Assembly: GCA_964624175.1 (NCBI GenBank)
Contig: CAZUWE010000003.1
Span: 33,636-97,635 of the forward strand
DNA from: an uncultured Candidatus Peribacteria bacterium
GTDB lineage: Bacteria > Patescibacteriota > Gracilibacteria > UBA1369 > 2-02-FULL-48-14
DNA: 64,000 nt
Direction of reading: 5' to 3'
Under the pieces are notes generated by a model that was given only the letters and a program-made list of their open reading frames with translations, made no database searches and was not told the DNA's origin. Positions 33,714 to 44,006 of the stretch are shown here, one piece after another. A program made the position numbers and the translations under genes. The stretch's first letter is position 1. Every line of letters starts with the position of its first letter.

Positions 33714-36302
33714 ATGAAATACATCTATGCATTCGCAGAAGGGAACAAAGACATGCGCGACCTTCTGGGAGGAAAAGGCGCAAACCTCGCTGAAATGACC
33801 AATATGGGTCTCCCCGTTCCTCCGGGATTCACCATCACAACCGAAGCTTGTAATTATTATTTAGAGAATGGTGATTACCCTGTGGGGTTCTTTGATGAGA
33901 TGAACGAGAAGCTAGATGAGCTGCAGCACACGATGCAAAAGAACTTTGGAGACCGAAACAATCCACTGCTCGTGTCTGTGCGAAGCGGAGCGCGTGTGTC
34001 GATGCCAGGAATGATGGACACCATTTTGAACCTGGGACTCAACGATGAAACCGTGGAAGGACTCATTGATAAAACCAACAACGAACGGTTCTCGTACGAC
34101 TCGTATCGACGCTTCGTGACGATGTACGGAAACGTGGTGCTCAACATTCCTCATGATCATTTTGAGGAAGCTCTTGAGATGGCGAAGAAGACCAAGGGCG
34201 TGACTTTGGACACTGACATGACTGCAGAAGACTGGAAGAAGCTTGTGGGTGTGTTTAAGCAAATTGTGCTGGACTTCAGTGGCAAACCCTTTCCTGAAGA
34301 TCCGAAAGAACAACTCAAAGGAGCTATCGTGGCCGTGTTCAATTCTTGGAACAGCAAACGCGCCATCACCTACCGCAATCTGCACGGCATGCCACACAAC
34401 ATGGGGACGGCCGTGAATGTGCAATCGATGGTGTTTGGAAACATGGGAGAAGACAGCGGAACCGGAGTGGCCTTCACTCGAAATCCATCGACCGGAGAAA
34501 AAGAGTTCTTTGGAGAATTCCTCTTCAACGCGCAGGGAGAAGATGTGGTGGCGGGAATTCGAACGCCAAAGAAAATTGCGGAGATGAAAGACAGCATGCC
34601 TCACATGTTTGATCAGCTCAATGAGGTTCAAAAGACGCTGGAAAACCACTACAAAGACATGCAAGACATCGAGTTCACCATTGAAAGTGGACGTCTGTTT
34701 ATGCTGCAAACCCGCAATGGTAAGCGCACAGCGCGAGCCGCGGTGAAAGTAGCTGTGGACATGGTGGAAGAGGGACTCATCACTAAGCACGAGGCTATTA
34801 AGCGTATTGATGCGAACCAACTCAACGCGCTTTTGCATCCATCCATTGATCCTAAGGCGCCCCGAACGGTGCTTTGTAAGGGCCTCCCAGCTTCACCTGG
34901 AGCGGCGGTTGGAAAAGTGGTTTTCACAGCAGATGACGCGTATCGCCTTGCGGAAGACGGAGAAAAAGTGATTCTCGTGCGAAAGGAAACCAGCCCAGAA
35001 GACATTCACGGAATGCACGCGGCGCAAGGAATTTTGACCTCAACGGGAGGAATGACCAGCCACGCTGCAGTGGTGGCTCGTGGAATGGGTAAACCTTGTA
35101 TTGCGGGATGTAAGGAAGTGCATGTGGACGACAAGATCAAGACGCTGGAAATCAACGGACAAGTGTTTGCTGAAGGAGATATCATCTCCCTCGATGGATC
35201 GACTGGAGAAGTCATGAAAGGAGAAATGCCAACTGTGGAGCCAGCGCTCACCGGAGAATTTGAAGAACTCATGAGCTGGGCGGACGAGGTGCGAAAGCTG
35301 CGTGTGCGAACGAACGCAGACACGCCTCACGATGCACAAGTGGCTCGCCGCCTCGGAGCCGAAGGAATTGGGCTCTGCCGAACGGAGCACATGTTCTTTG
35401 ATGAAGAACGAATCATGTTCGTGCGCCAGATGATTTTGTCACCCGATAAAGAGTCTCGAAAGCGAGTACTTGAGAAGCTCCTTCCCTTCCAAACGGAAGA
35501 CTTTAAGGGCATTTTCAAGGCTATGAACGGCTTTCCCGTTACGGTTCGCCTCCTCGACCCACCTCTGCATGAATTCCTCCCCAACACGGAAGGAAAGATC
35601 AAGGCAGTGGCGCAAGAAATGGGCGTGGACTACGAGCAACTTCAAAAGATGGTGGACGCTCTGCATGAGCTCAACCCAATGCTGGGTCACCGTGGAGTAC
35701 GACTTGGAATCACCTACCCTGAAATTTACGAGATGCAGGCACGTGCAATTTTTGAAGCCGGAAAGGCGATGAGCGCGGAAGGCGTGAAAGTGATTGCAGA
35801 AATTGAAATTCCACTCGTTGGACACGTGAACGAGCTCAAGGCCATGAAGCAGGTGATCGATAAAGTGGCGGAAGAAATGGCTCCTCTGAACTTTGAATGG
35901 AAGGTGGGAACCATGATTGAACTGCCTCGTGCCTGTGTGACGGCGCATCAGATTGCTCCATTTGCAGATTTCTTCTCATTCGGAACCAACGACCTCACTC
36001 AAATGACCTTTGGGGTGAGCCGTGACGACGCGGGATCGTTCTTGCCTTTCTACACGGAGCATAGCATTTTGGCGGACAATCCAACGGAGACCATCGACCA
36101 AGAAGGAGTGGGAGAACTCATGAAGATGGCCGTACAACTCGGCCGCAGCGTGAAGCCCGACCTTGAGGTGGGAATCTGTGGAGAACACGGAGGAGAGCCT
36201 AAGAGCGTGGTGTTCTGCCACAAGATTGGTCTCGACTTTGTGAGCTGCAGCCCTTACCGGGTACCGGTGGCTCGACTTGCAGCGGCGCAGGCGGCGTTGT
36301 AA
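33714..36302 (+). CDS. ppdK: Pyruvate, phosphate dikinase
   Basis: 862 aa. Motifs include GGKGANLAEM, the phosphohistidine region GGMTSHAAVVARGMG, the PEP-utilising C-terminal block GLCRTEHMF and ...FFSFGTNDLTQ. Confidence 0.95.
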   Translation: MKYIYAFAEGNKDMRDLLGGKGANLAEMTNMGLPVPPGFTITTEACNYYLENGDYPVGFFDEMNEKLDELQHTMQKNFGDRNNPLLVSVRSGARVSMPGMMDTILNLGLNDETVEGLIDKTNNERFSYDSYRRFVTMYGNVVLNIPHDHFEEALEMAKKTKGVTLDTDMTAEDWKKLVGVFKQIVLDFSGKPFPEDPKEQLKGAIVAVFNSWNSKRAITYRNLHGMPHNMGTAVNVQSMVFGNMGEDSGTGVAFTRNPSTGEKEFFGEFLFNAQGEDVVAGIRTPKKIAEMKDSMPHMFDQLNEVQKTLENHYKDMQDIEFTIESGRLFMLQTRNGKRTARAAVKVAVDMVEEGLITKHEAIKRIDANQLNALLHPSIDPKAPRTVLCKGLPASPGAAVGKVVFTADDAYRLAEDGEKVILVRKETSPEDIHGMHAAQGILTSTGGMTSHAAVVARGMGKPCIAGCKEVHVDDKIKTLEINGQVFAEGDIISLDGSTGEVMKGEMPTVEPALTGEFEELMSWADEVRKLRVRTNADTPHDAQVARRLGAEGIGLCRTEHMFFDEERIMFVRQMILSPDKESRKRVLEKLLPFQTEDFKGIFKAMNGFPVTVRLLDPPLHEFLPNTEGKIKAVAQEMGVDYEQLQKMVDALHELNPMLGHRGVRLGITYPEIYEMQARAIFEAGKAMSAEGVKVIAEIEIPLVGHVNELKAMKQVIDKVAEEMAPLNFEWKVGTMIELPRACVTAHQIAPFADFFSFGTNDLTQMTFGVSRDDAGSFLPFYTEHSILADNPTETIDQEGVGELMKMAVQLGRSVKPDLEVGICGEHGGEPKSVVFCHKIGLDFVSCSPYRVPVARLAAAQAAL

Positions 36303-36328
36303 GATGCGGTCTTCCCTTTAAAAGACCC

Positions 36329-36670
36329 ATGAAATACACACCTTTGATGCAAGAACTCAGTGAAGAAGATTTGGCACAAGATCGAAGAGGAGAACTGGTG
36401 GCCGCGCTTTTATGTGACGATTTACTCATGCTCATGGACGCAACTCGAGAAGAGTTGGAGGGTTTGTCACAGGATGAAGGCCTGATGAGATCTATTCCCG
36501 ATGGTAGACACGTGCTTAATACTGCTCAATGGTGGGGATACATGAAAGACCAAGCTAAAAAAGGCTCCAGACCCTTTATTCTTCCTCCAGTGGTTCGTAC
36601 AAATTTGCACTGGAAAGGACCAGTCGACAGTATCGAAAGGGTTACGGCAGACGATTTTCCTCACTATTAG
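36329..36670 (+). CDS. Hypothetical protein
   Basis: 113-aa ORF in an otherwise unoccupied gap, with no motif recognised. Confidence 0.4.
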   Translation: MKYTPLMQELSEEDLAQDRRGELVAALLCDDLLMLMDATREELEGLSQDEGLMRSIPDGRHVLNTAQWWGYMKDQAKKGSRPFILPPVVRTNLHWKGPVDSIERVTADDFPHY

Positions 36671-36671
36671 A

Positions 36672-37586
36672 CTACCCTCGCTTGCCCCAGCTGAGTTTCT
36701 CGCGTAGGAGTTTGTAGTAATTTCCTCCTCCGCTGGCTTTTACGTGCGCACGGATGAGGCGGAGCTTGCGATGAGAAGCACGGATTTTTACTACGTCGCC
36801 GTATTCAACGGGGATCATCACTTGGCCGTCGATGGTGAGACCGATTTGATTGTCCACGTAGCGGCGCTCGGTGTCGATACGAATGGTGATTTGGCGGTTG
36901 CTTGGAATCACAATTGGGCGGACGGTGAGGTCGGCAGGACAGATAGGTGTGAATACAAATCCGTCGATGCGAGGGTGTATGATGGGGCCTCCCGCTGAGA
37001 GCGAGTGACCGGTGGAGCCGGTGGGCGTTGCTACGATCACACCGTCTGCTTTGAATTCAATCATCTTTCTTTGGTCTATTTCCGCGTAGAGAGAGATGAG
37101 ACGAGCAAAGTTACCCTGATTGATCACAGCCTCGTTTAAAGCCAAATGCGTGTCGATTTTTGCCCCTTTCCGATAGAGGGTCGCGCGAATGAGCAGGCGT
37201 TCGTCCACGTGGTACTCACCACGGAAGAATTCGTCGAGTAAGTCAAACACACGGTCTGGATCTTGAACTTCGGTATTGAAACCAAGTGTGCCAAGGTTCA
37301 CGCCAAGCACGTAGAGGTTGCGACGAAGGGGAAGGTCTCGGATGATTTTGAGCAGCGTGCCGTCGCCCCCCAGAGAAAGCACAAGATCTGCTTCTTTGAG
37401 AAGTTGTATTCTGGTTTGCTGATTCTTTTTTCCAAGGACCTTTGCAACATGTTCATCCCACATGACTTGGACTTTTTTTGATTCGAGATAGGACTTTAGC
37501 GTCTTTAAAAAGTCACGGTCTTCTTCCATCTTGGAGCGGCCAATCAGGGCTATTCTCTGGAATTTTTGTGCGCTTTTTGCTTTCAT
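36672..37586 (-). CDS. nadK: NAD kinase
   Basis: 304 aa with the GGDGTLL motif (LSLGGDGTLLK) and the NE..IN and ATPTGSTGHSLSAGGP blocks. Confidence 0.85.
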   Translation of the reverse strand: MKAKSAQKFQRIALIGRSKMEEDRDFLKTLKSYLESKKVQVMWDEHVAKVLGKKNQQTRIQLLKEADLVLSLGGDGTLLKIIRDLPLRRNLYVLGVNLGTLGFNTEVQDPDRVFDLLDEFFRGEYHVDERLLIRATLYRKGAKIDTHLALNEAVINQGNFARLISLYAEIDQRKMIEFKADGVIVATPTGSTGHSLSAGGPIIHPRIDGFVFTPICPADLTVRPIVIPSNRQITIRIDTERRYVDNQIGLTIDGQVMIPVEYGDVVKIRASHRKLRLIRAHVKASGGGNYYKLLREKLSWGKRG

Positions 37587-37621
37587 AGGATAACAGGAGC
37601 CAATTCGGCTTCGCCGAAGGC

Positions 37622-38749
37622 ATGAAAACTTTACCTAAAGCGCGCATTCTTGTCACTCGTTTTCCTTACGAATCCAGGTTCGGTGGGGAAGAAGTGCATA
37701 CTTTGCGGCTGATGGAAGAGCTGGACAACGCAGGGCACGAAGCCTTCTTTTTGGGAACATGCCCCGTGCTACTTCGTGAGTTCCGTGAAAGAAATTTTGT
37801 GACGCGATGGAGCTGGCTGAGTAAGCCACCGGTAACGATGGGGCAGCTCCTGTGGTTTACGTTGCTGTCACCCATTTTATTTTTTAAGGCCGGACTCATG
37901 CTCGGGCGAGCACGACGAAAGTGGGGCATTGATTGTGTGTACATGCTTTCGTTTGGCGAGAAACTTTTAATGACCCCGTGGGCGCGCCTATTCAAAATGC
38001 GCGTGCTGTGGCTGGAACACGCACGCATCGGACGATGGCTCACCAAGAATCCGTGGCGGCATGTTTATAAACGATTTTCGCGGTGGGCAACGACCGTGGT
38101 TACGTCCCGCGCAATGGTGAAACATGTGGCGCCTTTTGCGCAGAAAGTGGTGGCGATTCCGTGCGCCGTGATGACCGATGAAGCGCGTCCACTCCACGCC
38201 GACGTTGCGGACTTTTTGCGCGGCGGTTTCGCCATTGGATCCGTGGCCCGTTTGACAGCAGACAAGGGTGTAGACATTCTTGTCCATCTTGTCCACGGCA
38301 AACCTGATATGAGGCTTGTCATCGTGGGGGATGGGCCGCTCAAAAAGCAGCTGGAAAAAGTGGCGAATCCTAAGCAAGTTTTGTTCGTCGATAGCCTTCC
38401 CCGTGGACAGCTGACGAGCTTTTATAAGGCGCTGGATTTGTTCATTTTGGCGAGCACCGAAATGGACCCATTTGGTATGGTCGCCGCGGAGGCAATGAGC
38501 GTTGGGACGCCGGTGCTCGTGACGGACAAGTGTGGAATTTCGGAGGACCTGCACGACGGCCATGAAGCGATGATCGTGGAAGCAAAACGCAGCGAGCTCG
38601 ACAAAGCTTTGAAAAAAATTCTCCGCCATCCCGAGCTGCTGGAATCGCTGGGTGAGCATGGAAAAAAATTCGTTGAAAAGCACTACCGCTTAGAAAGCAT
38701 GGTCGTCCAGTTCGAAGCCTTGTTGACGGGTCCTGCAAAATTGGCGTAA
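37622..38749 (+). CDS. GT-B glycosyltransferase (family 1/4-like)
   Basis: 375 aa with a C-terminal GT1 pattern: ...RLTADKGVD..., ...LASTEMDPFGMVAAEAMSVGTPVLVTD.... Confidence 0.75.
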   Translation: MKTLPKARILVTRFPYESRFGGEEVHTLRLMEELDNAGHEAFFLGTCPVLLREFRERNFVTRWSWLSKPPVTMGQLLWFTLLSPILFFKAGLMLGRARRKWGIDCVYMLSFGEKLLMTPWARLFKMRVLWLEHARIGRWLTKNPWRHVYKRFSRWATTVVTSRAMVKHVAPFAQKVVAIPCAVMTDEARPLHADVADFLRGGFAIGSVARLTADKGVDILVHLVHGKPDMRLVIVGDGPLKKQLEKVANPKQVLFVDSLPRGQLTSFYKALDLFILASTEMDPFGMVAAEAMSVGTPVLVTDKCGISEDLHDGHEAMIVEAKRSELDKALKKILRHPELLESLGEHGKKFVEKHYRLESMVVQFEALLTGPAKLA

Positions 38750-38790
38750 CATAGAGATCTCGGACGAACTATCCCCTGACCCCTTTTTGT

Positions 38791-39438
38791 ATGTCTGAAA
38801 TTTTAAATACCCTTCGTGATGCCGCTACAGATGTTAAAAATCTAGTCACCCATCCAGAAATTTTACTTGCCATCACCGCCACTCAAGTGGCTTGTGAGGG
38901 ACACTTCAGCAGCACCGCAAACGTTACTGACATGGCCTGCGCCCAAGAAATGATGAGCCGGGACGACGACCTGGATCACATCACTGGAAGCAACCGTATT
39001 GGACTCAGTGCCAACGGTTACGTGGGGTATACCCGTAATGAGGATGGTCTGCTGTGCATCGTTAAGTCTTACACTGCCTGGGATCCTTCCACCTTAGAAA
39101 ATCTTAATGGCTACGACGTGGATGAACTTTTGGAGGAAAATCTGATTGCAATGACTTTTAATGGGTCAGATAGTTTTGAAAGAGCCTACAACAAAGAAGA
39201 GCTCGGGGTTGCTTATTTGGCCGACAGTGCTGCAGATTTCGACTTATCCACCCACGATGACCATGGAGGAAATGTCTTTGCTGCAGTGTGTCCTACCTGG
39301 GAAGGCCCTTCTGAGCTGGTGGTGACGGACCTATGCCGCTATATTGTGGGGATAGACGGAAAAAGCACCGACAGTTACCCAGATGTGCCTGAGTGCTTGG
39401 AGACGCACTACCCAGATGTGAACTACTGCGAAGATTAA
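38791..39438 (+). CDS. Hypothetical acidic protein with several Cys
   Basis: 215-aa ORF with no signal peptide or known motif. Its stop shares the TTAA tetranucleotide with the convergent gene's stop. Confidence 0.45.
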   Translation: MSEILNTLRDAATDVKNLVTHPEILLAITATQVACEGHFSSTANVTDMACAQEMMSRDDDLDHITGSNRIGLSANGYVGYTRNEDGLLCIVKSYTAWDPSTLENLNGYDVDELLEENLIAMTFNGSDSFERAYNKEELGVAYLADSAADFDLSTHDDHGGNVFAAVCPTWEGPSELVVTDLCRYIVGIDGKSTDSYPDVPECLETHYPDVNYCED

Positions 39439-40526
39439 CGAAGGAGGCTACGAACCTGATTCAGAATTTGTTGAGCGGAGGCGTGCCATGAAAAATAGCG
39501 AACGCGCTCAAGCCCTTTCTTTTGTAGCGCCATACGCACCAGAGGTTTGAGGGCTTCTTCAATGGCCTCTGCCAACGCCTCTGGATTTTGTGGGTCCACT
39601 TGCAGGGCGGCGTCTCCCACCACTTCTGGCAGTGAGGCAGCACTACTTGTGATCACGGGGCAGCAGCACGCCATGGCTTCGAGCGGCGGAATGCCAAACC
39701 CTTCGTAGGTGGAAGGGAAGACCAGCATCTCGGCGCGAGAGTAGAGCTCGTTGAGTTGGTCCAGGCTCACATAGCCAAGAAAATGAATGCGCGACTTGAG
39801 ATTCGCCGGCACGGCTTTGTAGATTTGCGACGTTTTCCACCCCTCGCCACCGGCCACCACCACGTGAAGGTCGGGGTGACTGGGCGCGAGCAGGGTGAAG
39901 GCTTCAAAGAGCAGTTTAAAATTCTTGCGAGGGCTGAGGGTTCCCACCCCAAGCAGGTAGCGCTCGGGTAAGTGCATTTTTTCAGATTCCACTTTGCGTA
40001 CTTCATCAGCCACGGCTGGTGGCGCAAAGACCACGGTTTTTTTGTGCGCTTCAGGGAAAAGATGTGCCAGGTCTTGCGCCGTGTTTTGCGACACACAAAT
40101 CAGGAAGCGGCTCTTATGAATGGCACGCTTCAGAGTAAATCGTTCCACCAGGGTGGGGAACCAAGCGTGATCTTTATTATGAAGAAAAGCGATGAGGTCG
40201 TGCACCACAATGGCCGTTTTTTGGCGAACAGGGGCGATGGCAGGGTAAATGAAGCTGGTTGGCGCTATAAACAGGTCCACAGGATGACGCCGGAGGAAGC
40301 GGCGGAGTTGGAAGTGCCAGAGCAATCCTTTTCCTTCAATCACCACTTGGGTCACTCGTGGCAGGTTGTTGAAAATGGGGTTTGGTTTTTTGCTGAACAA
40401 GTAAAATTCCATGTCCTCTGGGGCATTCTCAATCAGTGCCTTGGTGATCTCCAAGGTGTAGCGCCCCTTTCCTGCGCCGTTCTCGTTTGCTTCGCGGATG
40501 TCGATGCCTAAGCTTTTTATTGCCAT
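39435..40526 (-). CDS. GT4-family glycosyltransferase
   Basis: 363 aa with ...[11 protein letters not shown]... and ...[26 protein letters not shown]... (the E-x7-E region). Confidence 0.8.
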   Translation of the reverse strand: MAIKSLGIDIREANENGAGKGRYTLEITKALIENAPEDMEFYLFSKKPNPIFNNLPRVTQVVIEGKGLLWHFQLRRFLRRHPVDLFIAPTSFIYPAIAPVRQKTAIVVHDLIAFLHNKDHAWFPTLVERFTLKRAIHKSRFLICVSQNTAQDLAHLFPEAHKKTVVFAPPAVADEVRKVESEKMHLPERYLLGVGTLSPRKNFKLLFEAFTLLAPSHPDLHVVVAGGEGWKTSQIYKAVPANLKSRIHFLGYVSLDQLNELYSRAEMLVFPSTYEGFGIPPLEAMACCCPVITSSAASLPEVVGDAALQVDPQNPEALAEAIEEALKPLVRMALQKKGLERVRYFSWHASAQQILNQVRSLLR

Positions 40527-40573
40527 AGGTGGGCTCGTTTGATAGATTAAGATTACAAAATTTCCCCGTCATT

Positions 40574-41380
40574 ATGTCGCTAACCCAAAGGCTTAAACAA
40601 GGCTTTCTGCGTTTACCTCCTATGAAGAAGGTCATTCTGGTTTCCAGTGCCACTCTTATGGTGAGTACCGTTTTGCCATGGTATGACCAACGAAACAACT
40701 TCGGAGTGGGCGACACCTTTATCGGGGTACAAGGTCCTCTCTTCGCCGTTGGGCTCATTGTGCTTGGATGTGGAGCGGTGGCGTTCTTCAACATGTTCTT
40801 CCCTCTGATGGGACGCAATTTCTTTGACCTGAAGCGAAAGTCTGGTTCTTTGGCGCTCAGCCTGGGGACTCAGTCGCTTCTGCTCATGGTGGTGGCGAAT
40901 TCAATTTTCTTCCACCCGGACTTTGCAGCGACTATCAACAACAAGGGAACCCGCTTTGGAATGGTGGTGGCCTTTGTATCTATTGGAGCGATGATGATTT
41001 CTGGATGGTGGACTCGTCGAAAAGAAAAGGCCGGCGGTGAAGTGGAAGAACGGGAAGACGATTTGGAAGACACAATGGTTGAGCCCGTTATGGATGAAGA
41101 CGTGCCGGTTGAAACTTCAAGCTACAACCAACCAAACTACAGCCAACCCAGCTATTCAACTCCTCAGGAACGACCTGCCTACAGCGGTTCATCTTATGTG
41201 CGTGCAAATGAAACACCCACAGCTCAGCAAGGTGTGGATCCACTGACACTTGATCCAAAGACTCGCTACAAGATGATGCAATCACAAAATCGCTACAGCT
41301 CTGCAGCGCGCAACAACGTGTGGGGCAGCGGAAGTGGTAGCGCTTATGGAGCTCGTCGACGCGAAGATAGCCAATATTAA
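40574..41380 (+). CDS. Hypothetical membrane protein with a disordered Q/S/Y/P-rich C-terminal tail
   Basis: There are four hydrophobic helices followed by an acidic and then N/Q/S/Y-rich tail (NQPNYSQPSYSTPQERPAYSGSSY). The ATG at 40574 is preferred over 40529. Confidence 0.55.
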   Translation: MSLTQRLKQGFLRLPPMKKVILVSSATLMVSTVLPWYDQRNNFGVGDTFIGVQGPLFAVGLIVLGCGAVAFFNMFFPLMGRNFFDLKRKSGSLALSLGTQSLLLMVVANSIFFHPDFAATINNKGTRFGMVVAFVSIGAMMISGWWTRRKEKAGGEVEEREDDLEDTMVEPVMDEDVPVETSSYNQPNYSQPSYSTPQERPAYSGSSYVRANETPTAQQGVDPLTLDPKTRYKMMQSQNRYSSAARNNVWGSGSGSAYGARRREDSQY

Positions 41381-41385
41381 TTTTT

Positions 41386-41583
41386 ATGGAAGAAGCTGTA
41401 CAAAACGACAATCCGATTCTGTTTTACTGTCGAAGCTGCAAGAAGCTGGTGGATAAACCCGAAAAGAAAGGGAACAAGTACGAGTACACCTGCCCCGATT
41501 GCAAAGAAGACCGCGTAGCCTTTGGAACTCAAAAGGCTATTTGCGATTTTTTCCAAGTAACCCCACCTCGAAAAAATGGTTGA
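41386..41583 (+). CDS. Small zinc-ribbon protein
   Basis: 65 aa with CRSC...CPDC spaced as in a 4-Cys zinc ribbon. It overlaps the next gene by 8 nt. Confidence 0.5.
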   Translation: MEEAVQNDNPILFYCRSCKKLVDKPEKKGNKYEYTCPDCKEDRVAFGTQKAICDFFQVTPPRKNG

Positions 41584-42688
41584 TCGAATTGATTACACCG
41601 CCCTCGACCGCGCCAAGAATGCGTTTATTGAGGCGAGCAAGAAGACGGCGGCATTTGCGAGTGGCTTTGGAAAAATGCCCGGCGGATTTGGAAGCAGTGC
41701 GAATGTGTTTGCGCTCGATTTGAAACCTTTCGCGGGAGCGGAATCTTTGTACATGACCTTGCTGCCCGAAGGACTTGGAACGGCGGACGACGCACGGCCA
41801 GATGACTTGAGCAGCGAAGAGCTCGTGCGCTTTTGGCGCAACATTGGAGGCAAGACCATGTCGACCCTCACGAACGATGCGGCGAGCTCCGGAATGCAGA
41901 CCGTTTTGATTTCTTTGTACCTCCCTAGCGCCCTGCCCGAACGCGTGTTCACGGACGAGTTCATGAGCGGATTTTTGGACGGATTTGTGGAGGGATGTAG
42001 ACAAGTCGGATGTGTCTATTTTTCAGGAGAAACTCCTCAACTCAAGGGCAAGATTTTTGAAGACAAACTGGACATCGCAGGAGCCCTGTGGGGCGTGGTG
42101 CCAGCGAGCATGATGCCGGTGGATTCAGGCGAAATGAAGGCCGGCGACTTCATTGTGTTTATTGAGAGCAGCGGGCCCCACGAAAATGGATTCACCACGT
42201 TGCGAGATTTGGCTACGAAGCTGCCTCAAGGCTACCGAACTAAACTGCCCAGCGGAATGGAATATTGGGAGGCGATCAATCAGCCAGGACATTTGTACAC
42301 GCGCTTGATTCAGGATTTGATGAAGGCCGGCGTGCGTCCTTCCAATGTGGAACCCATCACGGGTCACGGCTGGCAAAAACTCATGCGCCCCAAACAAGCG
42401 TTCCGTTACGTGATTGAGAACATGCTGCCCGTGCCTGAGGTATTTAGCTTTGTGGAAGAGGCGGCTGGGATGAGCAAGGACGTGATGCTACGAACCTTCA
42501 ATTATGGCGCTGGCTTGGCCGTATACGTGCACACGCAGGAAGAGGCCGACAAAGTGGTGGCTACAGCTGCTGCGGGCAGTCTAAAGGCTTGCATTGCAGG
42601 ACATGTGGAAGCTGCGGAGGCACGTGAAGTGGTGGTTAAGCCTTTGAACGTGGTGATTAAGGGGGAGGAGTTTACGTTGGGGAAGTAA
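41576..42688 (+). CDS. purM: PurM-superfamily protein, most like AIR synthetase (divergent)
   Basis: 370 aa. The N-terminal IDYTALD...A...GGFGSSANVFAL, LLPEGLGTADD, and FLDGFVEGCRQVGCVYFSGETPQL...DIAGALWGVVP parallel the PurM blocks (GGFGG.F, GTDGVGTK, GGETAEMPG...D.AG). Relatedness to other PurM-fold enzymes is not excluded. Confidence 0.6.
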   Translation: MVDRIDYTALDRAKNAFIEASKKTAAFASGFGKMPGGFGSSANVFALDLKPFAGAESLYMTLLPEGLGTADDARPDDLSSEELVRFWRNIGGKTMSTLTNDAASSGMQTVLISLYLPSALPERVFTDEFMSGFLDGFVEGCRQVGCVYFSGETPQLKGKIFEDKLDIAGALWGVVPASMMPVDSGEMKAGDFIVFIESSGPHENGFTTLRDLATKLPQGYRTKLPSGMEYWEAINQPGHLYTRLIQDLMKAGVRPSNVEPITGHGWQKLMRPKQAFRYVIENMLPVPEVFSFVEEAAGMSKDVMLRTFNYGAGLAVYVHTQEEADKVVATAAAGSLKACIAGHVEAAEAREVVVKPLNVVIKGEEFTLGK

Positions 42689-42697
42689 AGTAGCGCT

Positions 42698-43327
42698 ATG
42701 AGGTATAACTTAGATTCAAGAAATAATATTCAGTTTCCGTTGAATACGAATAATCCTATGGAGTGGTTTAGAGATGAGATAAAAGATCTAGAGCCACACC
42801 TTAAAACCATAATCTTTGAAATTTTCATCAGTACAAATGAGCTTTGCCGCTTTCCACAAAAAAAACTTCTACTGTGGAGTGGTTGCGATAGGAAAAAAGT
42901 ATTGGGTAAACAGAAATATCACATCTACCCTGATGAGATAAAAGCTATAGGGGGGAACCACGGCATTCACCTAGACACCAGACCTAACGGTCCTGCCGTA
43001 GCAGCTTTTGAGCTTGCTGGAGGAATAAGGCCTCAAAGGTACGGTAGTAAAAACAAGTGGCACATACACCACTTGTATTCAGGAAAATTTCCTTATATAG
43101 GCAGGCCAACAACGTTACATGCCGCTCAGGATGGGTCTCATTTCACTCAAGCAGCGGGCTTAGTGGCGGTACATCCTCTGTTGGATGCGCTAGCTGATGA
43201 AAGTCCAGCCTTCACATGGTTTCTTCGATATAAGGCGTATGAAAAGTTCGGGTATGATCCAGACTGTGTTTTTTCTGAAAAAATTGACGAATATGGGTTT
43301 TGCAACGATCATCTCAGTGCGATATGA
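42698..43327 (+). CDS. Hypothetical protein with a possible HNH_2-like (His-Me finger) motif
   Basis: 209 aa, visibly AT-rich. The sequence ...KNKWHIHHLYSG...(about 30 aa)...AAGLVAVHPLLDALAD resembles the HI-x-P ... NGL-x-L-x3-H-x2-FD pattern of HNH_2 nucleases. This is a weak, motif-level call. Confidence 0.45.
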   Translation: MRYNLDSRNNIQFPLNTNNPMEWFRDEIKDLEPHLKTIIFEIFISTNELCRFPQKKLLLWSGCDRKKVLGKQKYHIYPDEIKAIGGNHGIHLDTRPNGPAVAAFELAGGIRPQRYGSKNKWHIHHLYSGKFPYIGRPTTLHAAQDGSHFTQAAGLVAVHPLLDALADESPAFTWFLRYKAYEKFGYDPDCVFSEKIDEYGFCNDHLSAI

Positions 43328-43590
43328 ACCTCGAAAAAGAAATCACCGAACTGAAGGTACGAAACGCTCGCGTGGAGGCCAATAAGGCGTGGGAGACCAG
43401 CTGGACTCGGCGAGGCTTGATTATGGTGCTCACATACATCACTGTGGTTTTGTTTTTCCATGTGGCGGGACTGGAAAATCCATTTGTGAACGCAATTGTT
43501 CCTTCAATTGGGTTTATACTGTCGACGCTCAGCCTTTCATTCGTTAAAAAATGGTGGATAGAGTCCAATTCAAAAAAGTCTGGGGAGTAG
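43324..43590 (+). CDS. Small protein with an N-terminal coiled coil and two TM helices
   Basis: The ATG at 43324 forms an ATGA overlap with the upstream stop. The sequence reads MNLEKEITELKVRNARVEANKAWETSW followed by two hydrophobic helices. Confidence 0.5.
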   Translation: MNLEKEITELKVRNARVEANKAWETSWTRRGLIMVLTYITVVLFFHVAGLENPFVNAIVPSIGFILSTLSLSFVKKWWIESNSKKSGE

Positions 43591-44006
43591 GGCCGGGCGT
43601 GCAGATCTTTGTGATTTGCGCACTGTTCACGGCGACGACTTTGCTGTGTTTTAAAAGTGTGAATGAAGTTGGAACCGTATGGGGTATGCCATTTGCGGTA
43701 ACAATGCTTTTTGCTCCCATTTATGAAGAGCTTATTTTCAGAGGATGGATTTTTGGAGAACTGAATAAGCATCACTCAGCAGTGAAGTCAGTGGCCCTTA
43801 CGTCGCTGCTCTTTGGGCTCTGGCATTTGAAAAATATCTTTTACTTGGAGACGCACGACTTGATGTATCAAATGGTGTATGCGGGTCTGATATTAGGGCC
43901 AATTCTGGCATGGATCGCGCTGCGATCGAAGAGTGTTTGGCCAGGTGTCATTTTGCATTATTTAAATAACGTAGGAGCAATTTTATTCACCATATTATTG
44001 GGCTAA
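43551..44006 (+). CDS. CPBP (CAAX protease / Abi) family intramembrane glutamic endopeptidase, short form
   Basis: It carries motif 1 EELIFRGW, motif 2 FGLWH and motif 3 HYLNN in the canonical order. The start is uncertain because this frame overlaps the previous ORF by 40 nt. Confidence 0.7.
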   Translation: MVDRVQFKKVWGVGPGVQIFVICALFTATTLLCFKSVNEVGTVWGMPFAVTMLFAPIYEELIFRGWIFGELNKHHSAVKSVALTSLLFGLWHLKNIFYLETHDLMYQMVYAGLILGPILAWIALRSKSVWPGVILHYLNNVGAILFTILLG